Positions 40,084-54,175 of a DNA stretch of 64,000 bases are shown here, one piece after another. A program made the translations under genes and the position numbers. The DNA is taken from NCBI GenBank assembly GCA_963693365.1, contig CAVNZM010000011.1, positions 7,087,921-7,151,920 on the forward strand, given 5' to 3'. This stretch comes from Amoebidium appalachense. Lineage: Eukaryota > Protista > Ichthyosporea. Position 1 is the stretch's first letter; the number at the start of each line of letters is the position of its first letter. A model generated the notes under the pieces. The model did not search any database. It was not told the DNA's origin and was given only the letters and a program-made list of their open reading frames with translations.

Positions 40084-41565
40084 ATATACTTCTCAAACTC
40101 CTCGATAAACTGCTCCACGGTGAAATCTTTTGCACTCCTCCTCTCCACGTTATCTACAACCAACCAGGAGGGGTCTAGCCCCATGGACGCACACAGCCAC
40201 GGGGCAAACATATGCTCGGAATAAAATCCCCTGATTTTGATTGGACGGAGCGTCACAGGGAGGGCAATTTTTTTCCCATTCGCCTCCAACTGCGAAATTC
40301 GGTCCTTGACTTCGGGATCTTCGGCTCCGAGGTTGTCCCACGGCCATATCGCCTCACCGATATTGCTCATTTTACCGGTTTTCGAATTCGTTTTCCCGTC
40401 AATTTCCATACTTCCGCCATTTTCAGTGTCCCCCCGTACATGCAGTCCATTTTCCACGTTCTTCCCAAGACATTCCATTTCCGCTGACCCCCCCGGGAGG
40501 GGGGCTTTAGCGATTCTTTCCTTCTCAATTCCGTCCAATATTTGGAAATATTCCCGGAATTCCGGCTGCATGTCAACGTACGTCTGCTTCCACGATCCGC
40601 GAAAACGGAAACTTTTCCCGCTTGCGCCCTTGAGTACGCGCTGCCGCCACATTTCGTCATGGTGGGCGAAAACATAAAATGCGCGGCTAACTTTCGCGGT
40701 CTTGCACAGGTCGGGTGCGTTCAATCGGCCCAAAATGTCAAGGATAAGCTCGTCAGTCAGGACGGAGGCAGAGCCTAGGCCACTGTCGCGGCACGGTTGG
40801 ACTGTGTGTGTGCGTGTGTGCACGTGCGCGTGCATGTGTGTGTGCGTGTGTGTGTGTGTACGTGTGATGTGTGTGTGTGTCCGTGTGATTGGGTCGGTGA
40901 GTGGCCAATAGAACAGGGAACAGAGGCACAAAGGTGGAGAATGGGTGGGATGGAAGGGGGGGGGGGGGGGGGGGGGGGGGAGGGGAGGGGAAGGGGGGGG
41001 GAGTGGGGGGGGAGGGGGGAATTGGGCGGGATGTAAGCATTAGGGGGAAGATGTGTACGGCCGTGTGTGTCCATGTATCATCTCTCCAACTATGAGCCCC
41101 TCACGAAACTTAAGGCTCCCCCCTCCCCCCCCCCCCCTCCCCCCTCCTCCCTCCCTCCCCTTGCCCCTCCGCCTCCCCCCCCCCCCCCCCCCTCATTCCC
41201 TCCGTAACCCCTCTCTCGCCCAACCTGCCCCTCCATACAGAGTAGCTCCATATTCAACTCAAGATCCTCCGTGTGCCGTGTTTGATTTCAATCCCCCCCC
41301 CCCACACACACACACCGCCACCACCACCGCCGCCGTAACCCCCACCCCCACCACCCAATATGCCAAAGACTAGGCTCCACAAAGCACACAGTCACACAAC
41401 CACACATTAACACATCAATCGCTAAAGCTTTCTACGATTCAACGAATGGATAATTTGTCTCCCCCCCCCCTCCCCCCTTGCAAAAGGTGTCTGCTTTTGT
41501 CCATTGATGTCCCACCTCCCTCCCTTCCCCGCCCTCACCTCCCCCCTCCTCTTCACACACACACA

Positions 41566-41598
<33 letters not shown>

Positions 41599-41781
41599 CC
41601 ACACACCAAAAAGAGGGGGAAGGGGGGGGGGGGGGGTTGAGATGAAGGAGGGAAACAGCCACACACCCACCTCCATTAGTGACATCGAAGAAATAATTTC
41701 CCATCGGCTGCAAGATGGGTAAACGTCAGACACTGCACCGGTTTGTCCTACACCCTCTCCCCCCCCCCCCCCCCCCCCCCG

Positions 41782-41827
<46 letters not shown>

Positions 41828-42455
41828 CCCCCCCCCCCCCCCCCCCTTCCCCCGCCCCCCTTCTTCCTCAAACCCACCCACCCACCCACCCAAAAAATTA
41901 GAAAAAAGAACAAACTAAAATATTAAATAAGAAAAAACAAAACAAAATATGTCCCCTTCACTCCCCGCCCCTCCCCCCAAAACCTTCTTAATCATCCCCC
42001 CCCCTCCTCCCCCCCCCCCCCCCCCCCACCCTCCAACACACACACACATAAAAACATGAAGGGAAAAACAAGGAGGAGAAGAAGAATCCCGCACCAAGCT
42101 CCTATGCAACTTTACAGCACGTGCTCTTGCACACACCGGAGAAAACACATGTTCGCACAGGAAAAAGGCAAGCACGGCCACACACCCTTTACCGGTAGCA
42201 AGCGACAAAAACAATAAATTTCTATTCTCAAACATTTTGAACAAACTCCCAGTCAGAAAGCCATTTTCCCTCTTGCCAGGTCTCCATTCCTTCCACAATC
42301 TTGCTTGCACATCATGCTCTCAGGAAAGGCACACCCACAATCACAACCCACATATGTCCAAACTTGAAGGCCAACACATGAGCCAATGCCAGAAACAGCT
42401 GACCCAATCACAATCACCCACCTACCCCACAAGCTTCAACCACACACACATACAC

Positions 42456-42497
<42 letters not shown>

Positions 42498-42607
42498 CAA
42501 AAAAAAAGGGGGGGGGGGGAAGACAGCTAGCACCGTTCCCCCTGCCCGCTCAACCCTCCTCCGCCCCCCCTCCCCCAGCACATGTCCACACACCCCCCAC
42601 CCTTCCC

Positions 42608-42673
<66 letters not shown>

Positions 42674-42698
42674 GCACGCACGCACGCATGCACGCACG

Positions 42699-42729
<31 letters not shown>

Positions 42730-42745
42730 ACGCACACACACACAC

Positions 42746-42788
<43 letters not shown>

Positions 42789-43004
42789 AACACACCCACC
42801 CACCCACCCACACACACACACCTTGACCCCATAAGGGTGCTGCCCCAGATCCAGAAACCTCTGCACGTCATCATTCTCGCCCTCCCCTCTCTCCGCATCC
42901 CTCTTGTGTCTCTTGCTTGGTCCCACCCCACTGTTCTCCCCAGGCATGTGCCTCACTCGTTTTTTCGGCCCACCAGCCGCACAAGAGCTTGCTGTTCCGT
43001 TCAT
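35124..43004 (-). CDS. F-box + JmjC domain protein (JMJD6-like 2-oxoglutarate/Fe oxygenase; plant JMJ22-type architecture)
   Basis: Exons 43004-42822, 41707-41671, 40801-40090, 38963-38769, 38216-38031, 37529-37389, 36468-36306 and 35330-35124, all GT-AG and in phase. Motifs: HPYGVKPMGN, F-box [42 protein letters not shown] (HxD), [17 protein letters not shown]...AITQNY, C-terminal FSFGF*. Confidence 0.93.
35775..36024 (-). mobile_element. Intronic structured repeat, diverged full copy B
   Basis: Minus strand reads CATAAGCAACCCTGCTCGTCTCTGATCAAGACGGG...CCTCCCTGAGGATGGGCTCTGCTTAT...GACGCATTCAAAA followed by a C-rich run. Located in the last intron of the JmjC gene, sense to the host. Confidence 0.85.
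39810..40012. repeat. Tandem ~55-bp units separated by G-runs (2 near-exact, 1 diverged)
   Basis: GATGTGTTACAGAGTAAGAAGTATACATTCATGACGGA(C/G)AACACAATGCG occurs twice. A related GAAGTATACACGTCATGACGGCCAATACAATGC lies at ~39979. Confidence 0.85.
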
Positions 43005-43839
43005 TCTGCTAATTCCTTTCTTTATTTCCTTGTTTTATTATGAAGATGGAGGGCTTTGCAGTATACACTTAGCAGCCGAATGCCACTTTCGTATACTCTG
43101 AGATCCACCAGGTAATTGAGACACGTACGTGTACACGTGTGGAGCCCTGAACTTTGCGCTTTTATCACCTGAAAAGCTACCAAACGTGCACCATCTCGTT
43201 GGCGTAGCAAAGAGAAAAAAGCTTGCAATTTTGTTGGAAAAAAAAAAAAAAGAGAACAGAAAAAAACATGCAGCTTAAAGCTTTATAAAAGTTGCAACTC
43301 ACGGAAGTTTATGGAAGCATAGACACGTGCACACCGTGTGGCTCACAAAAGATGATGTCGCAAACGCTGATGACTAGTCCAACCGACTCAAACGTAGACG
43401 AATCTCAACATTTTTTCAAAATGCAAGAACTAAGGTAATGACGTCACACAAGCCTGTCCCGACTCCCCAATCTTGGGGCCAGAAGGCCCCCCCCCCTTCC
43501 CCCCCAGAGTCAATGACACTATGGTATATTAGCCCATGCAGCATTCAAAGGACATAGCAAAAAAAGTCAAGGAGATGAGGTGACGAAATATAATTTTCCC
43601 TCCCGCCTTTCTGCCATTAGCTACATGTGTGCCGTCCAGACTCCAGTGCACTATTGTAGTGCACGTGCGTGTGCATGTGTGTGTGTGACGGTCAGGAGCT
43701 CCAGGGTTCGAACTTCCGCTTCCGTCAGTCGGTTACGAACCACCAATCAAATCCACCATGTGATAGACAATTTAGGCTTCACGTGAGAGGCATGCCCCAA
43801 TCAGATGAGCGTATTCTGAAGGTCTGTCCTGGTTTGTAA

Positions 43840-44795
43840 CCCCGGTAAATGTAGGCACCCGCCGGCGGGTGCCCACACGATCGCCGCCAAAATCTGTCGC
43901 CAATTAGTAAAATTCGTGTGGGCACCCACACCCCCCAAAAAACTGTATATCCTTGAGGAGTCTTTCCGCTCGCAGGGGAAGAGTGGGTGCAAAACCTATG
44001 GTTGTAACATGAAGTAAACATACACAAGCAATGGCGGCTAGTGTTTATTTGAGGGTTTATTAATGAGTTATATGATTTTTTTGATCAACAAAATACAGTA
44101 TACTTTTGGGACTCGTCTGACTAGCCAAACATAGGCATTCTATTGAAGATCTGGATCCAAACAACGTGAGGTTGTGCACGGGATCCGGCCCCGCTTCCTT
44201 CCATCTACCAGTATCCCTACGTGCTTTTTTTGCACCTTTCAAATAAAGCCAAAAAAGGTTACAAAAGCAAAGAAGTGAAAAGTCACGCCTCGGAGTCATG
44301 GCGGATTCCGCCGCTGTCGGTTTGGGTCCTGTTGTGTTTTGGGTGCCGTTTTGCACGCGGGAGTGATATTGAATTTCCCATGTGTATATATCTGATTCGA
44401 AAGCAAAACCTTGCTTACATGTGCTAACACTTCTCCTAACCTTTCCGTCAGCAGCACGTACCAAGGGAGGAACGGCTTTATGTGCTCTATCTTTGGTTCC
44501 ATGGGCTCTCTCTCTAGGCACCCACACTGCCCAAACATGGGTTTAGTAAACAAACTCACAGTTCTTGACCTACGTTAGGCGTTGTTCAGACCGTTCATTC
44601 ACGATGTAAGGCCTTCTTGACCCGACCCATGCACACGTGTATGTCTTTAAGTGGCATCTATTCGGGGCAGAACAATATGCATAGTGCATGCTAACAGATA
44701 CTAATACGGTCCGGACAATGTGTTGCTGCATAAACCTGGCATTGGCAACACACATGGTGCAACTTCCAGGTATGGTGCTACACACAACAGACAGA

Positions 44796-44889
<94 letters not shown>

Positions 44890-45115
44890 CACAAACACAC
44901 ACAGACACACACACACGTGACAAACACACACACGTGTACACACACACACAGACATACAGACACACACACACGTGACACACACACACACGTGTACACACAC
45001 ACACACACGTGTACACACACACACGCACACAGACCCCGAGCACGTGTCCACACACACACACAAACTGCTCCGAGCACACACAAACACGTGTGCGCACTGT
45101 GACAGGGACATACAC

Positions 45116-45212
<97 letters not shown>

Positions 45213-45326
45213 CAGACATGCACGCCCGCACGCACAGACACGTGTGGCACACCACATACAAGCACTCTGCATATGCACACACGCACCCACAAATACGCAC
45301 ACGAAAACACACACAAAAACACACAA

Positions 45327-45357
<31 letters not shown>

Positions 45358-46062
45358 TGTACGCACACACACACACGCCCGCACACACAAACACACAGAC
45401 ACGTGACACACAAACACACACACAAACCAGGCGCGCGAACCGTTTGAAACAGGTTTGACACAAGCATGCATAAGCACGCACATGTGCGCATCGTAACCCA
45501 GGCACACACACAAAAAACGTTAAAAAATGCACCGGCACCGTGAACACACACACCTTGGTCTACGGACAGACACAGAATACACGCACGCACACACACATGC
45601 ACACACACACACAGTTACAGACACACGCTGTCACCCAAACAGAACAGATGCCCTATTCACTCACGCATAAATGACACACATGCACACGCACTCTCACGCA
45701 TGCGCGAACACACACGCGCGTGCACACCGTGTCATACATTTGAGTCAGCACCCACACCGCGCCGGTGATTGTCGGACCGTGGAACACAAACACAAACACA
45801 CATACGCACACATGCACACACATGCACACACACACAGACACACACCCACACACCCACAGACACACAGACACGCACACCCACACACGTGACACACACACGC
45901 AACAGACACACACACACACACACACAGACACACACGGCCAGTGGCCGATGGGTGATCTGTGTCCTGGGTGATCGTTAATTTTTCCGTTGGCTCTCTCTCT
46001 CTCTCTCTCTTGCTCTCTCTCTCTCTCTCTCTCTCACTCTCGTAGTCTCTCTCTCTCTCTCA

Positions 46063-46111
<49 letters not shown>

Positions 46112-46116
46112 GCGCG

Positions 46117-46167
<51 letters not shown>

Positions 46168-47865
46168 CCCCTCTCCCCCCCCCCCCCCCCCCCCCACACA
46201 CACACACCCCTATTAGGGGGGAAAGAGGGAGGAAGAGGGAAGAATGAAGGAGAGCGAAGAAGGCAACGACCAAGATTTCCTGGAGAGAGTGTTGTGATAC
46301 ACCAGTCACTGTGATTGCACGTGTGTGTGTGGGGGGGGGGGGGGGGGGAGGGTAAGTGTTTGTTGAGTCGCTGTTAAAGTTCGACAAAGCGTGATGTAAC
46401 TGCCTTCCGTTTCTTTTTGTTACAGAGGTGAGCATGTGTAGAAACCGTGAGGCTTGTTGTCAGTATGAGTTGATAAGTATACTTCCCTCCTTACAATAAT
46501 ATTGTGACAGGGTAACCATCAGACTGCAATACTCAGCAACGGTTGAAAAGCCCCTTTCCCCCCTCATCCCCCCTCCCCCCCTTCCCCCCTCCCCCCTCCG
46601 ACCTTCCCCTTCCTGCACGCCTCTCCCTCCCTCTCCCCCTCCCCCTTATCTTTCCCGGGGCCCGACCTTAAAGAACCCAACGACTGCTATACCACACGAC
46701 ACACAAACCCGACATTTAAAGCTCCCAAAGGCTACGTTGCAGCCAAAGAGAAGACAAGGGAATGGGGAAGACAACAGTGATTTACAATATGAAAATGGGC
46801 CGGGGGGGGGGGGGGGGGGGGGGAGTAGATTGGCTTTTAGATACAATAAGGTTTTTCGTAGAGAGGGAGGGAGGGAGGGGAAAGAAGAGAGAGAGAGGGG
46901 GGGGGGGGGGGGGGGGTGAACTGTATTCAACATTTCACCAGAGACGTGTGTGATTTCAAGAATGCCGGTCGGTTTTGACAAAAAAGAATTTTTTTTGCTT
47001 TTGTTCTCTCTTACTTTGCTCCCCCCCCCCCCCCCCCCCCCTTCCCCCCTTTTTTTACATATAGCCGGGGGAGGGAGGGAGGGGGGGGGGGGAGGGGGGG
47101 GAGGGGGCTGGGAGGGGGGGGATGATGCGGGATGTGTGGTCACAGTGCACTCAGGAGTTTGTGTGTGCGCATGCATATGCATGCGCATTTGTGTGTGTCA
47201 CGTGTGTGTGTGTGTGTACGTGTGTGTGTGTGTGTGTGTGTACATGTGTGTGTGTGTTTGCGTGTGTGTGTGTGTGTGTGCGTGTGTGCGCCTGACTGGG
47301 TGTGTCACACGTCACGGTACGTGCTTGGGACTAACGCGTGCTTGGGAAGCCATATGATCAGTCACATTTTGGTTCTGGATACATTATTAAACTATCTCCC
47401 TGCTGGGGCACGAAGGCATTTGCTTTTCTAATTTTTCAATCGCGGTCTCGTGAGAACGCCCAGCAAGCTAGGTGTCGGTGCAAAGCCTGCATGATTTGTA
47501 GCAAACTTCAATAATACGTCAGACACAGCTTACCTATGAAAAGGCAGCTTGAGCGCTGCTTAAAGGTTCAGTGTCTAGCCCCTCATCGTACGCCCGGTAG
47601 GCCGCCATCGCCCGCGATCAGATCGGGATTCGGCGAAATGTGGGCACCCAAAGTCCCAAATGTGGGCACCCACAAAAACCATCATCGTTTGCACATAGAA
47701 AACGTTGCCAAAAACATGACTTTAGACCCCTATAAAATGTATATGTGCGTCAATCCGACACAGTAAGGAAGCGTTTCATGTAAAATTAGTGGGGTATTAG
47801 TTATACTGGCGGAGGAGTAACGCGCCGCCGCAAGTTCGGTGGGTGCCCACATTTTCTGGCCGGGG
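43840..47865. mobile_element. ~4-kb non-autonomous TIR DNA transposon, piggyBac-like ends
   Basis: Left end CCCCGGTAAATGTAGGCACCCGCCG matches the reverse complement of the right end, CCCCGGCCAGAAAATGTGGGCACCCACCG. Subterminal TGTGGGCACCCA repeats at ~43868, 43917, 47639 and 47661. Flanks GTAA and ATAA are each one mismatch from TTAA. Confidence 0.6.
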
Positions 47866-48143
47866 ATAAAGTGGCACTCGAGTCCACAACTCACCACTTC
47901 ACTGAGTTCGAAAAGAGTGCCACACACAAGTCTGGTAGATAAGACGACTTGCACGATAGTCACTTGGAAAAGACTGTACACGTACACTCGTTTGGGCAAC
48001 TGGAGGTGTAAGAGTTTTTTTTTGAGGGGCGGTAGAAAGGGTGGGGAGAGCCCATAGGGCAATGTTTTTTTGCATCGGTGTGAACCAAATGATCTGGCCT
48101 GCTTAGGCATAATTCCTCGCAGTCTGAGGTTTGGTATGGAAAA

Positions 48144-50650
48144 ATGGAACGCAAACGCCCTGTTTCGCGCTACAACAGCACAACGTCACTTCATTCGTCC
48201 CACGATTTCAGTAGCCTTCCAGAAGAGTTGGTCCTACTCATCCTCGCCTACCTACCATCCATAAACGATAGAAAGAGAGTCTCTCAAACATGCAGGGCTT
48301 GGTGTCACATCGTAAGGGAGTTGGCACCCATAGACACTACTGTTTCACTGGTAACACCCCCTGAAGAAAGGGAAGGTGCAGTGGAAAAGGAAGGAGGTGG
48401 GGAAGGAGACCGAGGATGGAAATTTGTCGAAGCTGGCGCACGTGCATGGAGTAAGGTACGCAATTGTTTCTCCGGTTTTTTATAGCACTTGTGACGTCCA
48501 CGGGGAGAAGGGCGTGATGGATTTAACGTGTTGTGTTACACATTGAGTGCGCTTCGTGTTGGATAGGATTTCGGAGTAAAACGGTGGTGGTAGTGGTGTG
48601 TTGTGTGTATGTGTGTGTGCGTGTGTGTGTGTGTAGGGGAGGGGGAGGGGGGGCAGGGGGGGGAGGAGGGGGAGGGGGGAGGGGGGAGGGGAGGCTCAAG
48701 CCCACATTGCTGCCTGTTTCTCTGTCTGTGTGCACGTGACTGTGCTTGTATGCGTGTATACACTATTTCTAGTTGTTGCCGTCTCCCAAGCTTGTCACCT
48801 GCTTGGCTTGCATTTTTTCTCCCCTCACCTCTCCTAGTTATCCCCCCCCCCCCCTCCCCCCCTGTTCATGGATTCCATCCTCCCCCCTTCCCCCCCCTAC
48901 TCCCCCCACTCCAGTTCCTTTTTCCACGCCATTCATTGTCTTCCCTCCGCCCATTCGCTACCCGTTGTCAGTTTCTTTGTTATCTCCCCCCCTCCCCCCC
49001 TCCCCCCCCCCCCCCCCCCCCCCTTTTTGTGGTGGTGGTGGTGGTGGGGGGGGGGGGGGGAGGGGGGGGGATCGCCTGTCCCCTTTTCTTTCTTCCTATG
49101 CTGTCCAAAGTGTGTGCAAGTTGTTGCGAATAGGGGCATTTGACCCCAACCTCTACTTTGCTTTGGGGGGGGGGGGGGGGCACAAACGAAAAAGAGAGCG
49201 GGGAGGCTGGAGAGATGGGGGTGGGGGGGGGAAGGGAGGGGCGACGGGGGGGGGAGGGGGGGGGGGGGGGGGGGGGGGAGTGGAGGGAGGTAGGGAGGTT
49301 TTTTTTTTTTTTTTTTTTTTTTTGGGGGGGGGGGGGGGGGAGTAGGGTAGGGTATAGGCAGAGGCAATGCACGGTATTCTTTGTGCTGCGGATTTTCCCC
49401 CTGAGGAGGGGGGAAGGGGGGGGGGGGGGGGGGGGGGGGAGGGGGGGGGGAGACTGCCAGCCCCACATTTCCGTAACTGAAGACAAAGTTAACACCCATA
49501 TTTACTAGCTCTGTTTCTGACTTGGTTTGTGTACTGGAGCATTCTAAAGACTATGCTTTTACTTATTTGTTTTTCCATTTTTGGACAGGTCATTCGGCAG
49601 GTCTATGTGACTGTCCGACCCGATATGGGCCCCCCCGATATGGGGCCGAAAATCGGCACACATGTTCTGGCGCACCTCTCAAACGTGAAATTCATGGGCA
49701 TATCCCCACACCCCAGGACTAGACAGTCTAGTATTTCCGTTTTTGACCCCAAGCGTTGCACGTACACGAGCCAGGTCAACGACCTGCTGGAAAAGGACTA
49801 TCCCGCCATCGGAAATTTGGAAATTCTGAGACTGACGGATGTGGACGAGATAGCGGGTATATCCCACTGCAAGAATTTGGTGGAGTTGGATATAACAGCG
49901 GGGTGCCATATAAGCTGCACGGACTTGAGCGTTTTGGCCGACTGCCCACGGTTGGAAAGGCTACACATAAACAGCGCGTATCTACTTCATCTGCGATTCG
50001 TGCGATTTTGCGAGCAGATAGTCGAAATTTCGCTCCACGGGGCGGTGTGGGAGGGACACGACTTGATCGACCTGGCGCGGTGCCCCAACTTAAAGGTGTT
50101 GGGGATAGACTACACACCGGATATTGGTAGACTCACTGCGTGCGCTTCTTTAACCCATTTAATACTGTCGCATGTCGAGCACCTGTCGAATTTGGTGCCC
50201 GTGGGTTCGCTCCATGGGTTGACCCACGTCACATTAACACACGGGAACGTACCGATCACAATGCAGTGCCTTAACGCGCTGCCGCGGCTGGAGTCCCTCT
50301 GGTTGGTGGACGTGAGCGTTCCTTTTTACACCGTCTTTGCCACCTTTAACTCGTTAAAGGAACTCGCTTTTATCGACTGTATAACGGACGCACTCGATTG
50401 TCTTTCGCTCGCCGCCGCGACCAAACGGTTGATAGTCGTCGGGCGAGATGAGGATGAGGTTTTCCCGGAAACTGTTTTCGAAAAACGGAACGGTTTGGTG
50501 GAGATTGTTGTGGATAGGGAGGAGGGACGGAGGATGGGGGAGAGGGAGGGATGGGGGAAGAGGGAGGAGAGGTGGGTGGTGAAGAGGGACGGGAGGGAGG
50601 GGGAGAAGTGGAGACGGACGAGGGAGGTGGTGGTGTGGAGGAGGAGGTAA
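48144..50650 (+). CDS. F-box/leucine-rich-repeat protein
   Basis: Exon 1 (48144-48455) has F-box FSSLPEELVLLILAYLP...VSQTCRAW. Exon 2 (49589-50650) joins in phase 0 and has LRRs (NLEILRL, CKNLVELDI, CPRLERLHI, CPNLKVLGI). Confidence 0.88.
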
Positions 50651-51520
50651 GATTTTTGTGCGATGGTTGGATGGTGAGGGTTTGGGCGATTTATTTTCGC
50701 GGTCGGCTCGGAGCACTATTCTAGGGTCTTATTTAGAATTTATTTCCAAAATCACTGTTTATTTATAGCGGTGAATGTGACATGTTAGAAATTTGGCGGA
50801 ACTTTAAAGGTTTTTAGGTTACACTGCCAATCTTTCTCGCTCGAGGGCCACTGGTGTAACCGAACGCATTGATTTGGTTTTCCCATATATGGGGTGTTCT
50901 TTTTTGGGCAGGCACCATAAAAGGCATATACCACGTGTTTGATTGAGTCTGAGAAATGCTGACATAGCCGATAGATTCGAATTTGTCATGCATTTATATA
51001 TATTTAGGAATATATGACTGTTTCTCTACACACATTTTTCTGTGTTTGTGACCGTTTGTTGCACATGGAACTGCTTCTTTCCTGCTGTAACCATAATGAT
51101 CCAGCCTGTAAATATATAGCTCAGGGTTTTATTTCTATTTTAAATAAAGAGCGCTTAAAATGTCTAAGGCCAATAACTACGATTGCATCTGGTTGCAATT
51201 GCAACGCGGTACGGCAACTGTCGAATCTGTGTGGTCTGGAGCCTGAAATAAACGACTCTGGCCCCACAAGCTACGTAATCTTGCAATTGCGGCACCAGGT
51301 CCTAAGCCTCGCGTGAAATGACTTTCCTCTTCTGTGTGCAACCATATGCATGCTCCATGTACATCGAACTGTGCGATCGCGATGTATGATCCGGCGGCAA
51401 CCGTGACCCCCATATATGCATGGCGACGTGCAGTGCCACATGCATGTTACCTTCAAGTCATTAGTCCTGGGGCCTTTTCGGTGGTGGCGGTCACTGTGGT
51501 GCACGTGGTGGTGGGTGGGT

Positions 51521-51551
<31 letters not shown>

Positions 51552-52617
51552 CTGCCAGCAGCTGCAGCTGCAGGTCGGATGCATATGGCCAATGGGTTGC
51601 AATTTGCCAATTGATTGAAGTTGAATCAGACGTGTACGTGTGTGCAACACGTGCATTGTATGTGTGTGTGTGTGTACTCGCACACTAAATATGTGTGTCA
51701 CATGCATGTGTGTTTGCAACGTTTGACACTGTGTACGAGTTTCAAGTCCATTCGCATTGCTGATCTTAGTTTCTCTCCCCCCTTTTTGCTGGTGTGCACA
51801 TGTGTATGTGTGTGTTTTGCGAGCGAAGGGGAGCGCTGCAGGTAGAAAGGGATATTCAAGGCCCGTGCCCTGACCTGTCAAACCACAAACCATCCGGGAG
51901 CCCAATCTTCTTTGGCTCACACTAGCGGGGGGATTGTGCTCACGGTTATCATACATGGTCATACATGTGTCAGTTATGCAGATGCATATGCTGTGTCTTC
52001 GTGCTTTCTTTCTTTCCTTGTGTGACAGTGTGTATGTGTGTGTTTGGTGTGGTTGTGGCGGTGCACCTGGGAAAAGAAGTCAACCCATGGCCAAAGGTTG
52101 CGATGATTGTTTATTATGTGCCACATGGGTACATGAATGACCTCTCACACGTGCACATAACATACGCTTATTGCCAACCAAAAGTAATAGCCTAAATAAG
52201 CGGGCTGGAGCCATTCGATACATGACCCTTTTCTGTTGTTTTCAGGTTATAATTTACACCTGCAGGGTCCGAACCTAGGTTGTACATGGATCGAATCATC
52301 AGATCTCTTCAATCATACTACAAGCCCTGAGACCTACCTATTGTATAGTGCTTGGTTAAAGACTAGCAGTCATAGCAACCTCTTCTCACAATCGAGTATA
52401 AAATGCAAACACATGCAAACACTTTGGTGTAGTTAGACTTTGCAGCATCGGCATGCGCTGGTCACCCACTGGGCCGGGAAAAGAGAAAAAATAAACAAAA
52501 AGCCCTTCTCCTCAAATGCTTTTACGTAATCGGTGGCATACTGTGCGACAGATAATACAGAACAACATCCTACGTGCGCCTATGCATGCACACACACAAC
52601 CGTACACCTCCTAAACC

Positions 52618-53438
52618 TTAAACATCCACGGCGCCCGAAACCCTCCTCGACTTCTTAGTCGGCTCGCGCATCGCCACCATATACTTATTGATGGCGTTAA
52701 GATACGCGTGCGCGCTCGCAACGAGAATATCCGGGTGGGCACCATGTCCGCTAAACGTGTCGTCATCGCTAGCACGCCCGCGCTTGTTCGATGCATTCTC
52801 CTCCTCCCCATCGGCGTTAGGTGCTGATTGGGCGGTTATATCTGGACGGATGGTGACTGTAACTTCACCAAGGGCGTCGCTCCCGGCAGTGATACCCTTG
52901 ACTTGGTATTCCTCAAGGACTACACCTACGTAGCTGTGGCGCTGTTTATGCGGGAAGAGGGAAGATTTGAAATGCGGTTAGTTGATATGTGGTGAGATAG
53001 AGTTTAGAAAACAACTCAAACCATAGGGATTATAGGGAGCGCAAACAAGAGAAAAACAACAGGGAACGCCCAACCCAGCCCCTCCGAGTCTAGCCTACCT
53101 CCCTCCTCCCCCAACACACCCACATACACCCACCCACACACACAGCCACCACCACACATACACACACACAAACACTCACCACAAAGACAAAACCCAAGAA
53201 AGGAAAAATGAAACCAGAGACCCTTTCTTCGTGGGTGCAAATACAGGTAGAAATTTTCCAGGTAGCCATAATACTCGATAAGATAGCCCGCCAGCAGTGC
53301 AAGGCAATGTGCGGGTGTGACAAAGTGTACTGGGAATGCATTCACACTATGATACGTCACAGAACAGCGACGGGCCACCATTCCGAGAGCAGAACATGTG
53401 TATGTGTGTGCATGTGTGCGTGTGTGTGCACGCGCGCT

Positions 53439-53492
<54 letters not shown>

Positions 53493-53693
53493 GAGGGGGG
53501 ATATCCATTAACAGGCAAGGAGTACGAAGGCCACCCTGAACACAATAAGCAGAATCAAGAAAACTTAATGCAGAAAACGACCACAAATGTTTGCGTGTGT
53601 ATGTAAAGGCGTGTGTCTGCGCGTGTATGTGTGCAGTGCGGGCCAGCGGGCGGGCGGGCCGAGGCTGGTGGTGGTGGTGGAGAGGGGGAGGAA

Positions 53694-53728
<35 letters not shown>

Positions 53729-54015
53729 CTGGGGGCTGGAGGGGGTAAATGTATCTATGCATACCTTTACAGCGTCAGTGATAGCCTTAAACACGGCGTT
53801 GACCGGGCCTGAGCCGACGGCAGCAAGAATGTGCACCTGGCCGTCTGGGTCGATGACCGTGGCTGTGGCCGTGGCCTCAATGGTGTTGCCGCAGGTCACC
53901 TGCACAGACTTGAGCGTGTACAGGGAGGTGGGCTGTGTGTGCATGTGTGGGAGGGGACAGGTGTGTGTGCATACGTGTGCGTGTGTACCTCTGGGAGAGG
54001 AGGAGGATAGGTGTG

Positions 54016-54057
<42 letters not shown>

Positions 54058-54131
54058 AGTTTGGTTAACGAAAGACTGAAGATAGGGGAACGGTAGGGTT
54101 GCCACGGGAGAGGAGGAGGATAGGTGTGGGA

Positions 54132-54175
<44 letters not shown>

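Noticed and set aside
44060-44559. Minus-strand ORFs inside the TIR element as a transposase remnant
   Set aside because: No recognisable motifs, so they cannot be supported without a search.
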